A DNA stretch of 63,862 bases, filler included, from Choristocarpus tenellus KU-1152 (taxonomy: Eukaryota; Protista; Phaeophyceae): NCBI GenBank assembly GCA_964200185.2. It is 12 parts of 12 records of this genome, joined end to end, with 100 filler letters (N's around TTAATTAATTAA, not from the genome) between each part and the next. Parts side by side here need not be neighbours in the genome. Positions count along the whole stretch, not along the records: positions 7,635 to 13,272 come from CAXNAD020010170.1; positions 13,373 to 16,376 come from CAXNAD020023006.1; positions 16,477 to 21,174 come from CAXNAD020013420.1; positions 21,275 to 28,769 come from CAXNAD020006071.1; 8 more parts are not named here. One strand, given 5' to 3'. Numbering within the stretch: the stretch's first letter is position 1; each line of letters starts with the position of its first letter. Below the pieces are notes generated by a model that saw only the letters and a program-made list of their open reading frames with translations, ran no database searches and was not told the DNA's origin. Of the stretch, positions 12,751-24,349 are shown piece by piece. A program made the position numbers and the translations under genes.

Positions 12751-13131
12751 CTAACCCAACAACACTGTTACCAACATTTTTTTAAGACATGAACTCGGTC
12801 CAAACTACTGACATAAGTATCCATCAAGTGTACATGTTCGATACTGATCTACGAAGATCAGTTTTTACAACTCTTTCGCTAATCAATCGTTGAAATAATC
12901 AACAATGTTTGATACTCTACTACTCTAGTTCTTACTTTGGATTTTCTTCTCCATCATCTCGTTGAAACTTAGGAAACGGTGTCCATCTTCCATCTTCCAC
13001 CAACCCCGTAGCCTGGGGAACGTTTCTGTCAGAATGTGCCACAAGTTATGAGGCGACGAATATCGGTCGCTCCACTCCTCTGCTTCCACACCGCACAGGA
13101 ATATGGCCTTTCTCTTGATGAGGATATTTAT

Positions 13132-13272
13132 GAGTGAAAGTATCTCAGAGGGTACGAATTTTGTCCTGTTTGTCCATTTGGGGCTTGGCTTCCCATTGGG
13201 TTTTTTATGACATTTTCCTACTCCAAAATGTTTCGGAGTAGATAAAATGTGTATGTTATGAAAAGGTGTGTC
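13132..13272 (-). mobile_element. MITE family A, cut by contig end
   Basis: GAGTGAAAGTATCTCAGAGGGTACGAATTTTGTCC. Confidence 0.85.
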
Positions 13273-13388
13273 NNNNNNNNNNNNNNNNNNNNNNNNNNNN
13301 NNNNNNNNNNNNNNNNTTAATTAATTAANNNNNNNNNNNNNNNNNNNNNNNNNNNNNNNNNNNNNNNNNNNNCCCCCCCATCGCCCAG

Positions 13389-13546
13389 GGTTTTCGCTTC
13401 ATAGTGATGGTGGGGGTCACAACTGTCTGACACTGGGCTACAATGGAGAGGGACAAGAGTTGGGAGGCAAATTTTCTGTCTCTGACGGGAGCTACAGCAC
13501 CTTGGGCATGAACGGGCGAGAAGTTTACAAGTTTGCTACCCGTGAG
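13389..13546 (+). CDS. fabH: Beta-ketoacyl-ACP synthase III, internal exon (upstream exons lost at contig edge)
   Basis: cag|..FSLHSDGGG...LGMNGREVYKFATRE|gtgaga; MNGREV is a FabH motif. Confidence 0.92.
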
Positions 13547-13986
13547 GTGAGATTTCCTTTACATAATCAAGGTGTTTTGTTGGTTTGGGAAGGTGGGAGA
13601 GGGGGAGTTCTTGTGCGTGTGTCTGGAGTGTCTGGAGTGTCTACTACTACTGTGCCCTGTTGTCATTGACGGGCGGGCGTCCGTAGTGCAGTGGGGAGGG
13701 GGAGAGGGGGGGGTCTATATTGAAATTGTTTGGGAGTAGTATGATGTGTGTGTTGATTTTGATACATGTAGGGGGAGGATGTCTGTGTTGGTGACAACAT
13801 CATGGGAGGGAGGTTTGAACTTGGAGGGGATACGTGTATGTGTATGTTCTGTGGTCCGTTGTGGATAGGCATTGGTTTCGATGCCTTTCCAGAATAGTTT
13901 TTGATGCAGACCACATCCTGACAAAGCTCTGTTGGTAATAGTAGTGCTTATGACAGATGAATAGGAAGTCATCGCATTGCATCATC

Positions 13987-13989
<3 letters not shown>

Positions 13990-14022
<33 letters not shown>
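13990..14022. repeat. (CT)n microsatellite in fabH intron
   Basis: About 16 CT units. Confidence 0.9.
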
Positions 14023-14026
<4 letters not shown>

Positions 14027-14701
14027 TGTGATGTTTGGAATAGTTGTGGCTGCATTTTTTTTCATTTTAATTGATTTTTAGCTTAAATTATTACCATATT
14101 TTGCATTCACGCATCAGAACAATTAATGCAATAGTTTTGTGGCATTTTGGCTGGTGAAGACTGCCCGAGGTAGATCTCTCATAACGAATCTTGCAGCGAA
14201 TCTTGGATTACATCTGATCGTTAAAGTATCATCAGGCTGCATCTCTGTTGCTCCAGATGCTTTGTGGAGAAGGTTACTTCAAGCAGTTCAGGCTGGAAAA
14301 AAAAATGTGGTTTAATTCCACTTGTGTGCTCACCCTACGTTTAGCATGATCACCTTGCTATAAGGTGTCAACTGTTGAACTGCACCACAGTGTTGTTCTA
14401 AGGGTTAGGTTTAGGGTTAGGATTACAAAATTCAATCTTTTGGTTGTGGGAATATGTAGCTCTATAATAATACTATCCTATGTCCCCCCCCCCCCTCCTC
14501 TCTCTCTCTCTCTCTCTTCTCACCTCACTGTACAGTTCTTACATCGGAACGGGGGGGGGGTTAAGTGTGGATTGCACAAATATATATAAACATACAGTGT
14601 GGTAATAATGGGAACAATCAATTACAAGGTTGACTATGTTTTGAAGTGGTTATGTATCAATGTACTCACTACTAAAATCTGTTATTTGCTTCTGTGGATA
14701 G

Positions 14702-14779
14702 GTCCCCAAGGTGCTGACTGAAGCGCTAGACAATGCTGGAATGGGGGTTGAGGATGTGGACTGGCTGCTTCTGCACCAG
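14702..14779 (+). CDS. fabH: KAS III exon with catalytic His (HQ of HQAN)
   Basis: tag|VPKVLTEALDNAGMGVEDVDWLLLHQ|gtactt, phase 0 at both ends. Confidence 0.95.
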
Positions 14780-15034
14780 GTACTTGGTTCCTGTATTTTG
14801 TATATGCTCGATCATTCTCCCCCTTTTGGGAAGCCTGAAATCATTGTGTGAGTTGTTGGTTAAAGAGATTTTTTTTTCTTTTTGGAAGTTTCTTGTGGCT
14901 TTGTAGCAACAGTGTATGTGCTTGGTATCACTGGTGCTTTGACATGCCCCCCCTCCCCCCCCTCCCAAACACATCACACTGACGGGCCCTCTCCCTTCCC
15001 CCTGTTTACTCCACCGACACTGATTTTTGAACAG

Positions 15035-15091
15035 GCAAACATCCGCATCATGGAAACTGTGGCCAACAGGCTAGGCATTTCCATGGATAAG
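15035..15091 (+). CDS. fabH: KAS III exon
   Basis: cag|ANIRIMETVANRLGISMDK|gttagg; completes HQANIRI. Confidence 0.95.
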
Positions 15092-15313
15092 GTTAGGGAG
15101 AGGAGGTTCTGTATCTCCGGGGGGGGGGGTATAGTGCAAGAGCTAAATTTGATTGGGTCAACACTATTGTGGATAGCATTTTTTTTAAAGGGTGCTGCAA
15201 GCATGGAGGGTATGTTTTATCTTCATCCTGTCTCCTGTGTGACCTTAGATTACCCCCATCTTCCCTTTCATCTCATGTCATCAACTTTTTCGTGACTTTG
15301 CTTGCCCTGTCAG

Positions 15314-15397
15314 GTAATCACAAATTTGGCGGAGTACGGTAACACCTCTGCCGGATCCATCCCACTGGCTCTTGATGAGGCAGTACGGTCAGGAAAG
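15314..15397 (+). CDS. fabH: KAS III exon with catalytic Asn (GNTSAGS)
   Basis: cag|[28 protein letters not shown]|gtaagt. Confidence 0.96.
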
Positions 15398-15652
15398 GTA
15401 AGTGTGTGTTTGGGTGTTTGTGTAGATAGATGTTATTGTAACTACTTGAGGAGGGCATAGTACCAAACATAGCTAAATAATCATTGGGCCAATTGACAGT
15501 GAGACCAGACCAGAGATTCCCACCAACTAAGCTGGGGTCATACATTGCATTTGTTTACGGCAGGGTTGTCCCGCCCACACCCCTAATCTGGATGCATGTA
15601 CTGACTCCCCCAGTCTTATCTCTCTTTTCCATCCTTGTTTGGTTTGTCTCAG

Positions 15653-15736
15653 GTGAAATCAGGGGATGTCATTGCCTGTGCAGGCTTCGGGGCAGGGCTC
15701 AGCTGGGGGGCTGCAGTTATTCGGTGGTCAGGTTGA
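15653..15736 (+). CDS. fabH: KAS III terminal exon
   Basis: cag|VKSGDVIACAGFGAGLSWGAAVIRWSG*; GFGAGLxW motif and TGA stop. Confidence 0.95.
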   Translation: MKSGDVIACAGFGAGLSWGAAVIRWSG

Positions 15737-16476
15737 TAGGAAGGGACACGGATAGCAGGAATTGTCTTGAGGTTTCATGGTGCAAAGGGTACTTGTGCAT
15801 TGAATGGTGGAATGGGTCTTAGTGAACTAATGATGGACCAAGGGAAAGGTGTACCCTTGATCACAATTTTTCTCTTCTAATGATAAGTGTCGAAAGATGA
15901 TTTAAATTATGTGATGCTATTAATAGTAATGTCTGTAGCGAGTGTTGTGTAGATGTTATTGATTAGTGGGAGGAATATGGTGGGGGCTTTGTCGCTGACA
16001 GATTGGGTTAGGAGGGGTGAAGACCTCTCAGCGTCAACACATCGAAAGGAGGAATGATAACCTGTTTACCGTTGATCAATGTGGCGAGTGAATTTGTAGA
16101 CAGTGCGGTTGTTGGCACGTGATAATCATGCAACTTAATCTCATCGCTACCTTAAGATGGTGTATGCCCGGGGGGCGTAGTTTGTGGAGTGTTGTGTTCA
16201 GGAGGTACTCGTGTAACAAATAGTCAGGCTAAGCACATTCGTAGACTGTTGCGGAGGCGAGTTCTGAGTAAAAAAAAAAAGGTATGGGGTGGTATGTTTA
16301 GCACAATCGAGTTGCTTTGCATGTCTTGTGGCTTGTTTTGGGGGTGTGGTTTCGTTTTTGCTTTGGTGTGTGGATTNNNNNNNNNNNNNNNNNNNNNNNN
16401 NNNNNNNNNNNNNNNNNNNNTTAATTAATTAANNNNNNNNNNNNNNNNNNNNNNNNNNNNNNNNNNNNNNNNNNNN

Positions 16477-16556
16477 CCAAAATTACATCAAAATCACAAC
16501 ATTGTATTTTGATCCCCAAATGGACGCGGCTCTACCCTCTAAGATACTTTGACTGA
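16477..16556 (-). mobile_element. MITE family A end at contig start
   Basis: CCCCAAATGGACGCGGCTCTACCCTCTAAGATACTTTGACT. Confidence 0.8.
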
Positions 16557-16590
16557 GAAGGCAACTTATGTTGATAGGCAATGAAAAGCA

Positions 16591-16792
16591 AAACCAATTG
16601 AGAGAAAGGCAGGTTTGGACCCTTTTGCATTCCAAGCGATCTTTCTTACCCTGTACAATACACTCTATTTCATTGCTTTAGTGTGCACAATAGTGCACGC
16701 AAAATCGATATTCTCTCTTTTCACGCTCAAGGTTTAATTTTGCTCTTTCTTGGAATCCTTAAAAGCAAACCTGCCTACCTCTCAGTAGGTTT
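16591..16792. mobile_element. Unrelated small TIR element (family F); second copy at about 53526-53955 is split by a B MITE
   Basis: AAACCAATTGAGAGAAAGGCAGGTTTG is inverted to CAAACCTGCCTACCTCTCAGTAGGTTT; internal GGACCCTTTTGCATTC and CACAATAGTG are shared with the 53.5 kb copy. Confidence 0.6.
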
Positions 16793-17109
16793 GGGTCAAA
16801 GTAAACCCATGATCCTTTGAATGCAAAGTACCTGATAAAATCTCATCGAAATTTCCCCTCAATTTTCGGTTTCGATTAATCGCGATATTTTCGAATCGTG
16901 GCGATTCAGTTGCTACAATTCACAATAACAATGTTTGATGTGGGACGACTGTTCTCATTTGATTGTATTCCATTATCAATATAAAATATTACTATCATTC
17001 TCACATTTTTAGGATGTCAGGTAAAAAGCAGTCATATTCTATTATTATTATCCCCTCCAGGATTTTAGAGATGTGTCAGGGAAAAAGGAACAAAATCTAT
17101 GTCACAAGG

Positions 17110-17391
17110 TGTGAGAGCCATCTTCCACAGAAGGTATACCCTAAAGGTGACCTATCTTGAACATGATGATATTCATGTTGAAGGTAACATCTGCTTGAAG
17201 TAAGATCGGGTGATTGGGTGTGACCTTGCAAAACTCCCCTCTTTTAGTTACCACTTGAACTCTTTTCCTGAGTGATCTTCTGAGGGATTGCTCTCCTTTT
17301 TGACTTGTCTCTCTTTGATCTTGCCTCCTGTGGGTCTTCCCGCTCCCCTTCATCACGAAGAACCTGTCAGCTTGTTTCCATCTGTTTCACA
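17110..17391. mobile_element. Solo LTR, family 1, TSD AAGG
   Basis: AAGG|TGTGA...TCACA|AAGG; copies at 35028-35332 (reverse) and 44125-44390. Confidence 0.85.
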
Positions 17392-17399
17392 AAGGACCC

Positions 17400-18330
17400 C
17401 TTCTATGTATTATTATACCCTCTCACATTTTTCAGATGTGTCAGGGAAAAGCCAATTCAACATAATAACAAGGACCCAATAAAAGTAATAGTTGCGATAA
17501 ATGTGAAAGATATCTCTCCAAATCCATCTATTTGACTACCAGCTGTACTAAATCACTCCCATAAAAACTCGAAATTACAAAGTGATGTGTACACTGCGCC
17601 TACACTACAGGACGAGGAGCTAGGGAAGCATCCCAAGAATCTGACAGGCTCCTCCTTGCCATCTCCCCGGTTACTCCAGTTTCAAACGCATGACACGTCT
17701 TGAGAGAGCCACTTGTGTAGTGATACTGCTGTAAACGGGATTTGACAGCTCCTTTCCTGCTGAAACCTCCCACCCCTCTCCCCCCTACCACATATGTAGC
17801 CAACTCATCCAGAAAACATTCTGCTTGCTAACCGAGCCACCGAAAACTTTCCACCGTGAAAGTGTTGAGGTTAAAACTTCGAGGGTCAAAGAACCCTCGT
17901 AGTGGGTGCGCTTTCGCGCCTCAGCTGCACAGCAGTAGCTGCGCCATTGCTGGTGGATGAGAGCGGCAAATGGGAGACTGCTTGCACTTCTGAAAACGTA
18001 ACATCCAGGAGGAGGCCTTCTTTGTCCCGGTAGGTAGCTGATTGGCATCCGTAAGTGCCCCAGCATGGAAGACCATACCCATGCGGACATTCCTGTCTAC
18101 TTTGAATGGAATACCGTCCTCCATAGTGCAAGAGATGACCATTCCCTTATAGAGTTGACATAGACGCTTGACCATTCGTGTGTGGTGGCGTACCTACCCT
18201 CCTCCCCTCGGGCAGGTACGAGCATGTCTAGTGTCAACATTATGCCTCCTGGTAGGGATCTGCTGGCAGTTAATCTAAACTCTATTGGAGAGATCTGCCT
18301 TGCTAGCTAGTTCCAAGGGTTGTTTGGAGG
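17400..18330 (-). mobile_element. CRE-like non-LTR retrotransposon, decayed restriction-like endonuclease domain and 3' UTR
   Basis: LLDVTF...KRTHYEGS...TFTVESFRWLG...LDELATYVVGGRG...KGAVKSRLQ; 3' UTR shared with 20290-20675 and 46570-46915. Confidence 0.7.
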
Positions 18331-19049
18331 CTCCTGCATTTGCCCCTTGTCCACACATTGGTCTGGCGGGCTAGGGCTAGAGAAGAACATTCCCTCCTTT
18401 TTTCTGCATCGTCTGGTACGTTGACAAATTGTGACGGGAAAGAGTCGAACCGAATCCTATTCTATATTTTATTATGCCCTCTCACATTTTCCAGATGTGT
18501 CATGGGAAAAACGAAGGAAAAAATATTCACATGTCAAAAAACATACATACAGGTTCCGTTCTGTTCTTTGATGTCATATTAATACCACCTACTACCACCA
18601 CTCTTACATATTTTTCTATTTTGGGAGGTGGCGAACAAATCCTGTTAGGACGTGATCTCAGTCAAAACCATTTCTACGCGTATACACAAGTGTATTGCGC
18701 GCAAATTTCTTCTCATTAAGGATGTTCACATCTACATCAATCACATACAGAGATGTCTTGATAATTCAACGGACTACTTGCGGCTGGCGGTTACAATGAA
18801 CTCATCCGATCCGAGATTGAACTCAGGTTAATCTCAAGTTTTGATTATTGTGAGACTTTTGAGTAAGGACCCCCCTTTGATACCACCAGTGATTATGAAC
18901 ACCCTCAAGATTGATTGGACACTGCCTCACGACAATAGTACTCATGTGGTAATCACAGTTTTTGATTAACATCATTGAGAATGTAGTTGACCCAGAATGT
19001 TACTTGTTTTATAGTCTCTTGCAAGGTATCAAGCTTTGATGCGTTCAAT

Positions 19050-19306
19050 GAGTCAAAGTAAGCAAGAGGTATCCAGATTTGCATTTTAAGGATGTTGACA
19101 AATAAGTCCAAAATTTTACTTTTTTTACAAGCGCGTGTAGGATCTTTTCTGAATTATGTCGAAAAGTCTCAAAAACAGATAAATCAATGATCTGGAGTCA
19201 AACTTAGAACTTGCTCCATAGGAACATGGGTAAATTCCATAGGGTTGAAAAAAGGCTCAAAATGCAAAACGGCCAAAACCTGGGTACCTCTCGCTTACAT
19301 TAACTC
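19050..19306. mobile_element. MITE family D
   Basis: GAGTCAAAGTAAGCAAGAGGTATCCAG...CTGGGTACCTCTCGCTTACATTAACTC; flanks AAT / GAT. Confidence 0.8.
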
Positions 19307-20289
19307 GATGTTGTTCTGAATTCCCTATTGCCACCTTGAAGAACAAAGCTACATACATCACAACCCACTCCTTCTGCTCAGGTACAACTCATCCATGCTA
19401 CCCAGGCACACGTACCCAATTGTTCTTTTCTCTTGGGCTGGGGGAGCACAGTGGTTATTTCTAGCGGACCTTCCCTTCCTCCTTCCAATCACCACAGCCC
19501 CCCCTGTTGCCCTTAGTCGGTGTTACACCCTATATCACTCCATTCTGAACATAGAGGGTAGGCAGTACTCCATTATGATCGATGTTGCACATAAGGTACG
19601 AGAGTACTTAACAGGAGCAACACTCAACAGCATCGTCGCAACAAGAGTGTCTGAGCACGTGCATTGCTCTAGATGTCATTCTGTTAACAAAGTGTAAAGA
19701 AATTATTGCAGCATGAGGTGTAGGAATCAGGCGCACAACAAGTGGAAGTTGCAAGGGATACTCAGGAAAGAAAGAATGGGCATCTTCGCCACACCCTTGT
19801 CTGAGCATGTGAGGATCAGACACTAAATTGCAGTGACACAGATAGAGAATAGATCAGACTCCCACCTCAGTCCTGTTTGATGATTCCTGGATGATAAAAA
19901 TGGCACAATAGTAGATTTGCCTTGAGTCACAGAGCGGTCTAGATGTATGCAGGTTTGCCCGTTTTGCATTGTAGGCCCTTTTTTGACCACCATCGCTATT
20001 GTTGTGGTCTCTAACCTTAGACAAAACTAGTGGGTCAAGTGCAAAATAGGACTTACGTAACCTTAAGGTGTTCCTCTTTTGTGCACGACTCTTGCATTTT
20101 TTATTAGTCAAATGAAATGTCACTAGTGAGATACTACACTACTGGGAATGAAAATTGATCGGAAGTTGTAATTAGATTATACTGTTCTGATAGTTGTGGG
20201 TGACATCTCTTTTCCATATGACCAATATATATATAAGAGAGAGATGATACATTGTCGATGATATGTTATTCGGGGGGAAACCAATTAAA

Positions 20290-20675
20290 ACTACATACAA
20301 AGGAGTAGTTAAATCCAGGCTACGCCAAATTGTTTCGGTGACTACGCAAGTGGCATTGTCTCGACGTTTCATGCGCTTCAAACTAGAGTCACCAGGGAGA
20401 TGGGCACGGAGGGGTCTGTTGGGTTATTGGGATGCTTCCCTAGCTCCCCTCCCCGGGGCACAGGAGTAGGTAGATGGGAAGCTAAGGAAGACAGTAGTAC
20501 AATATTTGAAAGTGGTGAAGTAACTGATTAGTGGTTTCCACACTTCTAATGTTTTATAGTGTTCTTACGTTTAGGATATTATATTTCTTTAGGGCTAATA
20601 ACGACATATATATAGTTTTCATTGGTTTGCCCCTGACACATCACTGCAAAATGTCAGAGGGCATAATAATAAAAT
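20290..20675 (+). mobile_element. 5'-truncated CRE-like non-LTR element (ORF end, 3' UTR, AATAATAAAA tail)
   Basis: GVVKSRLRQIVSVTTQVALSRRFMRFKL, then ...GAGGGCATAATAATAAAA; closely similar to 46570-46915. Confidence 0.75.
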
Positions 20676-20754
20676 ATACATATGTCGTTATTAGCCCTAA
20701 AGAAATACAATATATCCTAATAAGAGCTCCTTTCCACAACAGGAATCAACCTAG

Positions 20755-21174
20755 CCCCTAACCCCAATGGTGTTGTCACTCGAGGGGCTCCAATAGGAAC
20801 AGATAATTTCATTCGAGCTCATATGGCGGAGGTGATAGAGAGCTCTGGGACACGAGCTTTAGCTACACACCTCAGCGAGATGGAGGACAAGCAGGTGGCC
20901 TGGCTCCTCAACTCATGGTCCCTCTCCTCTAGGCTAGGCTATCTGGTGAGGGTCACTCCTCCTCACCTGGCACGCTCCGCCATGGACCAAGCGGACAACA
21001 CCTCCCTGTGGACACTAGAGAGGATAATGGAGATAGCTGATGCAACAGAGGGGACAGACTTCTTTGAGGGAGGGTGCAACAGTAGGTCTCTCCGCCTAGA
21101 GACCCACCAACAAGTACAGGCACAGATGCCTACAAGTGCGGGGGGTCTAGGCCTCTCTTCCATGAAACACTGCC
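20755..21174 (+). mobile_element. CRE-like reverse transcriptase C-terminal fragment
   Basis: GVVTRGAPIGTDNFI (GxPIG motif), YLVRVTPP, QAQMPTSAGGLGL. Confidence 0.75.
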
Positions 21175-21274
21175 NNNNNNNNNNNNNNNNNNNNNNNNNN
21201 NNNNNNNNNNNNNNNNNNTTAATTAATTAANNNNNNNNNNNNNNNNNNNNNNNNNNNNNNNNNNNNNNNNNNNN

Positions 21275-21462
21275 GCGTGTGAGGGGGGGGGGGGGGGGGG
21301 GGGAGGGGCGGGAACTACACCAGAGTGTCCATTTGGACCAAAACCAGGAAAAGTGCACTTATATTATTCATCGAACGTATGCAACCAAATCACACAAAAA
21401 TCGCGACATGAGAAAATTTACCCCAAATGGACAGTCGCCATCCCCCCCAGATACTTTGAGCC
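21275..21462. mobile_element. MITE family B at contig start
   Basis: G-run...GTGTCCATTTGGACC...CCCAGATACTTTGAGCC. Confidence 0.85.
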
Positions 21463-21861
21463 TGAATGTGTCCGTTAGTGTCCCATACCTTCAACCTGAC
21501 TCCCTTCACTCCGCAGCAAAATATGATAAAACGGTTGGCCAGCATGCCGCAAAAACAAAAGCAAAAAATGGAGGGATGGTTCCCATGTGTATAGCAGCGC
21601 CTTTTCTCCATATCACGCACAGTAGGGGTCAGGAATAGGATTAGCGATGTCAAAACCGCCAAGCACTCAAGGTTTACCCCCCCATGCTTGAAAAAGCGAA
21701 TCTAACAACAATGGATACAAATCCGAGAATAAGCTTATGAACGGGACACTATTTAGTCATCACGTATGTGACTACTTCGACTTGAATTCTCAAGAGGAAC
21801 TTTAGCCCACTTTTGACTGCACTAAAAAATCGTTGTTAAATATTTTTTTTCTTAAGCCTTA

Positions 21862-22085
21862 GGGTCAAAGTATCTGGGGGGGGGGGGTGCCGGCGTCCGT
21901 TTTTGACCCTGGCTCAAAGTATCTAGGAGGGGTGGCAGAGTCTATTTGGGGCCAATTTTTTCATGTCGCGAGTTTTGGGTGATATGGTTCCATACGTTGG
22001 ATGGATAATGAAAGTGCACTTTTCCTGGTTTTGGACCAAATGGACACTCTGGTGTAGTTCCCCCCCCCCCCAGATACTTTGGGTC
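21862..22085. mobile_element. Family C end (21862-21910) directly followed by a complete family B MITE (21911-22085)
   Basis: GGGTCAAAGTATCTG(n)TGCCGGCGTCCGTTTT, then GGCTCAAAGTATCT...GATACTTTGGGTC. Confidence 0.85.
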
Positions 22086-22183
22086 ATTCATCGCCATCTC
22101 CTAATCCTCCTTCATTCCAGGAGATTCCATCATCATCATCGTCATTGCATTCGCCCCCCATTTCCTATATTTTAGTAGTCCTT

Positions 22184-22395
22184 CTATGTGCATGTGGAGG
22201 AAGGATCTATCCTGTATATGTCATCCAAATCTTCATCATCCCGTTCAAAATCAGAAATTGGAAATCGTACCCTTCCATCCTTGATGGGGTGCCAATGGAA
22301 GTTGGCTCGTTGAAGTACACGATTAGTGCTGAAGTCTAGGACGCGGAAAGTGCCACAGGGTTGATTATTTGACATCCCAAGCTTGTGTCCTGGGC
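22184..22395 (-). mobile_element. Copia post-integrase (SH3-like) fragment
   Basis: LGMSNNQPCGTFRVLDFSTNRVLQRANFHWHP. Confidence 0.55.
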
Positions 22396-22396
22396 T

Positions 22397-23630
22397 TAGA
22401 AACCTGAATCGAATGCATTGTATATGTAAGCAAAATACGTAGACTATGAGTGATGAGGAATCATGGTGTTGCAAAGCGCCGATGAGTGATATGCGTAGTC
22501 TGTGTTATAAATAGATGTGATTGTGCTGCAAAGCACCGATGTACTTATTCTGTTGTAACTGAGGTCATTTACCTCTCAGTCAAGAAAGATTTGATGTGAG
22601 TTCAGTGTTATTTCGTGAGATACTCAATGAAAGAAGTCCATGCTCTGCGGAGAGGCTTGTTACCTTGACTGGCAAGGGTTTCCGTGGATTGTTTAAACTC
22701 TGATTATATTACATCCATGTGTGCGTTAGGTACACTTATTGCAGAGTGAGCTTGGTGCATTATGAGGGGGCAATGACAACCAAGGAAAAAATAATAACCA
22801 ACAAGAATTACCAATAGCTTCGCGGTATGTGGCAATCTTGCTTTTTTTCACTGTTGGGGTAGGAGAGGTATGCAACAATATAAATATCAAATAACGCTTA
22901 TGGCAATAGGCGTTGAAGATTTGTATGCAGGAATGTATTAACTGTAGTGAACGGGAACTATAATATCCCCATCAAAGAATGCCAAAAAAGCGGGAGAATA
23001 ACTCCGCCGCAATTTTGATGATCGCAACCTCAAAAGGTACAAAAATGAAGTGGTTAGCCGAACTCCCAGTAAAAAACTGATCCGGGAAAGGCCCTGCCAC
23101 ACTACGATGCGTTTGGCCCTACGAAAAGAAATGCAAGGTTTGCGGGCATCTTTTTAACGCCTTTTTCGGACTTTCTGTGAACACACACACAGGTGACCTA
23201 CACAGCAATATAGACTACGATGGTGAGAAAAGGAGAGCCGCCGAGGCCACTCTGCCCCCTGGACCTACCCACGTTTTGCGAAGGGGAATCGTATGAGGCT
23301 CATAACCTGTTGAAACCTGAATCGAATGCATCGTACATGTAGGTAAAATGCGTAGACTACTAGCGATGAGGAACCATGGTGTTGCGAAGCACCAATGAGT
23401 GATATGCGTAGTCTATGTTATGTATAGGCATAATTGTCCTGCAAAGCACCGATGTATATATTCTGTTGTAGCTGAGATCATTAATCTCTCAGTCAAGAAT
23501 TATGCGATGTGAATTAGTGTTCTTTCATGTGGTACTCAACGAAAGAAGTCCATGCTCTGTGGAGAGGCTTGTTACCTTGGCTGGCAAGGGTTTCCGCGGA
23601 TGGTTTTAACTTTGATTATATTACATCCAT
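22397..23630. repeat. Unclassified interspersed repeat with internal duplication (22397-22720 ~ 23312-23630); homologs at 41365-41830, 25545-25670 and 58855-59160
   Basis: Shared blocks such as GAAAGAAGTCCATGCTCTG.GGAGAGGCTTGTTACCTTG, GCAATCTTGCTTTTTT and TACATGGTAAAACAT. Confidence 0.75.
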
Positions 23631-23949
23631 NNNNNNAGTGGTGTTGAGGTGCTCAGTGAGGGGACAATGACAATCAATAAAGTAATAAACAACAATTACC
23701 GTGCATCTGGGTTCTTGTTCACATAAAAAGGAAGAACAGAGATGACAACAACAACAAAATAGAAAGGGGAACACAAGGTAACAGTGGAACGCACTTGATG
23801 CAAGTTCCGAAGTAACTTGGATGGCGTGTGCTACGATGTTCCTGTGTGTGATGTGGATCAACTGAATATCAATTGATGCTATGATTCTATCTACTGTCGT
23901 GATGATGAGTTGGAATGCGCAATAAATAAATGAACACTAACAACCAGTG

Positions 23950-24130
23950 CAGTGCACCAATCAACAGTCAGTACAAGCTGGTAGATGTATATCATATCAA
24001 CAAGGAACAAATGAGTAGCCTATGTTTTAACACTCTCTCGTCACCTAACATCACACTGAGTGTCACACAGTACTTGTTTTTCTGTCGCCTCTCGACAGAG
24101 AAGGTGTCGAGTGTTAAAACATGTGATATT
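23950..24130. mobile_element. Rearranged fragment of the Tc1/IS630-type element at 51-52.7 kb
   Basis: CTCGTCACCTAACATC.CACTGAGTGT...GTACTTG.TTTTCTGT..CTCTCGACAGAGAAGGTG matches 52273-52341; 23950-24030 matches 52625-52700 in reverse. Confidence 0.65.
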
Positions 24131-24349
24131 TGCAACCAGAGGTGTATCATATGGGGGTGGGAGTCTTTCGACATTGGCAGTATACATGGATCTATTCCAC
24201 TTAAGAACAAGTGGATGGCCCTCCCCATCAGACATAAGATATGCATCACCAGTTCCCTTGATGGTCACTTCCTTAGGCATGCAAGCAGAGTATGAAGAGA
24301 GAAGGTTGAAAGCTATTTTCGAGACAAATGCGAAGGACGCCAAAGTAAC

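Noticed and set aside
19320-20130. Possible decayed Copia RT; likewise a possible protease remnant at 47440-47760
   Set aside because: Only faint motif resemblance across many stops; not supportable by eye.
22800-22900. KKARLPHTAKLL as Helitron Rep motif 2
   Set aside because: It lacks the HxH and EFQ residues and is not conserved in the homolog at 41365.
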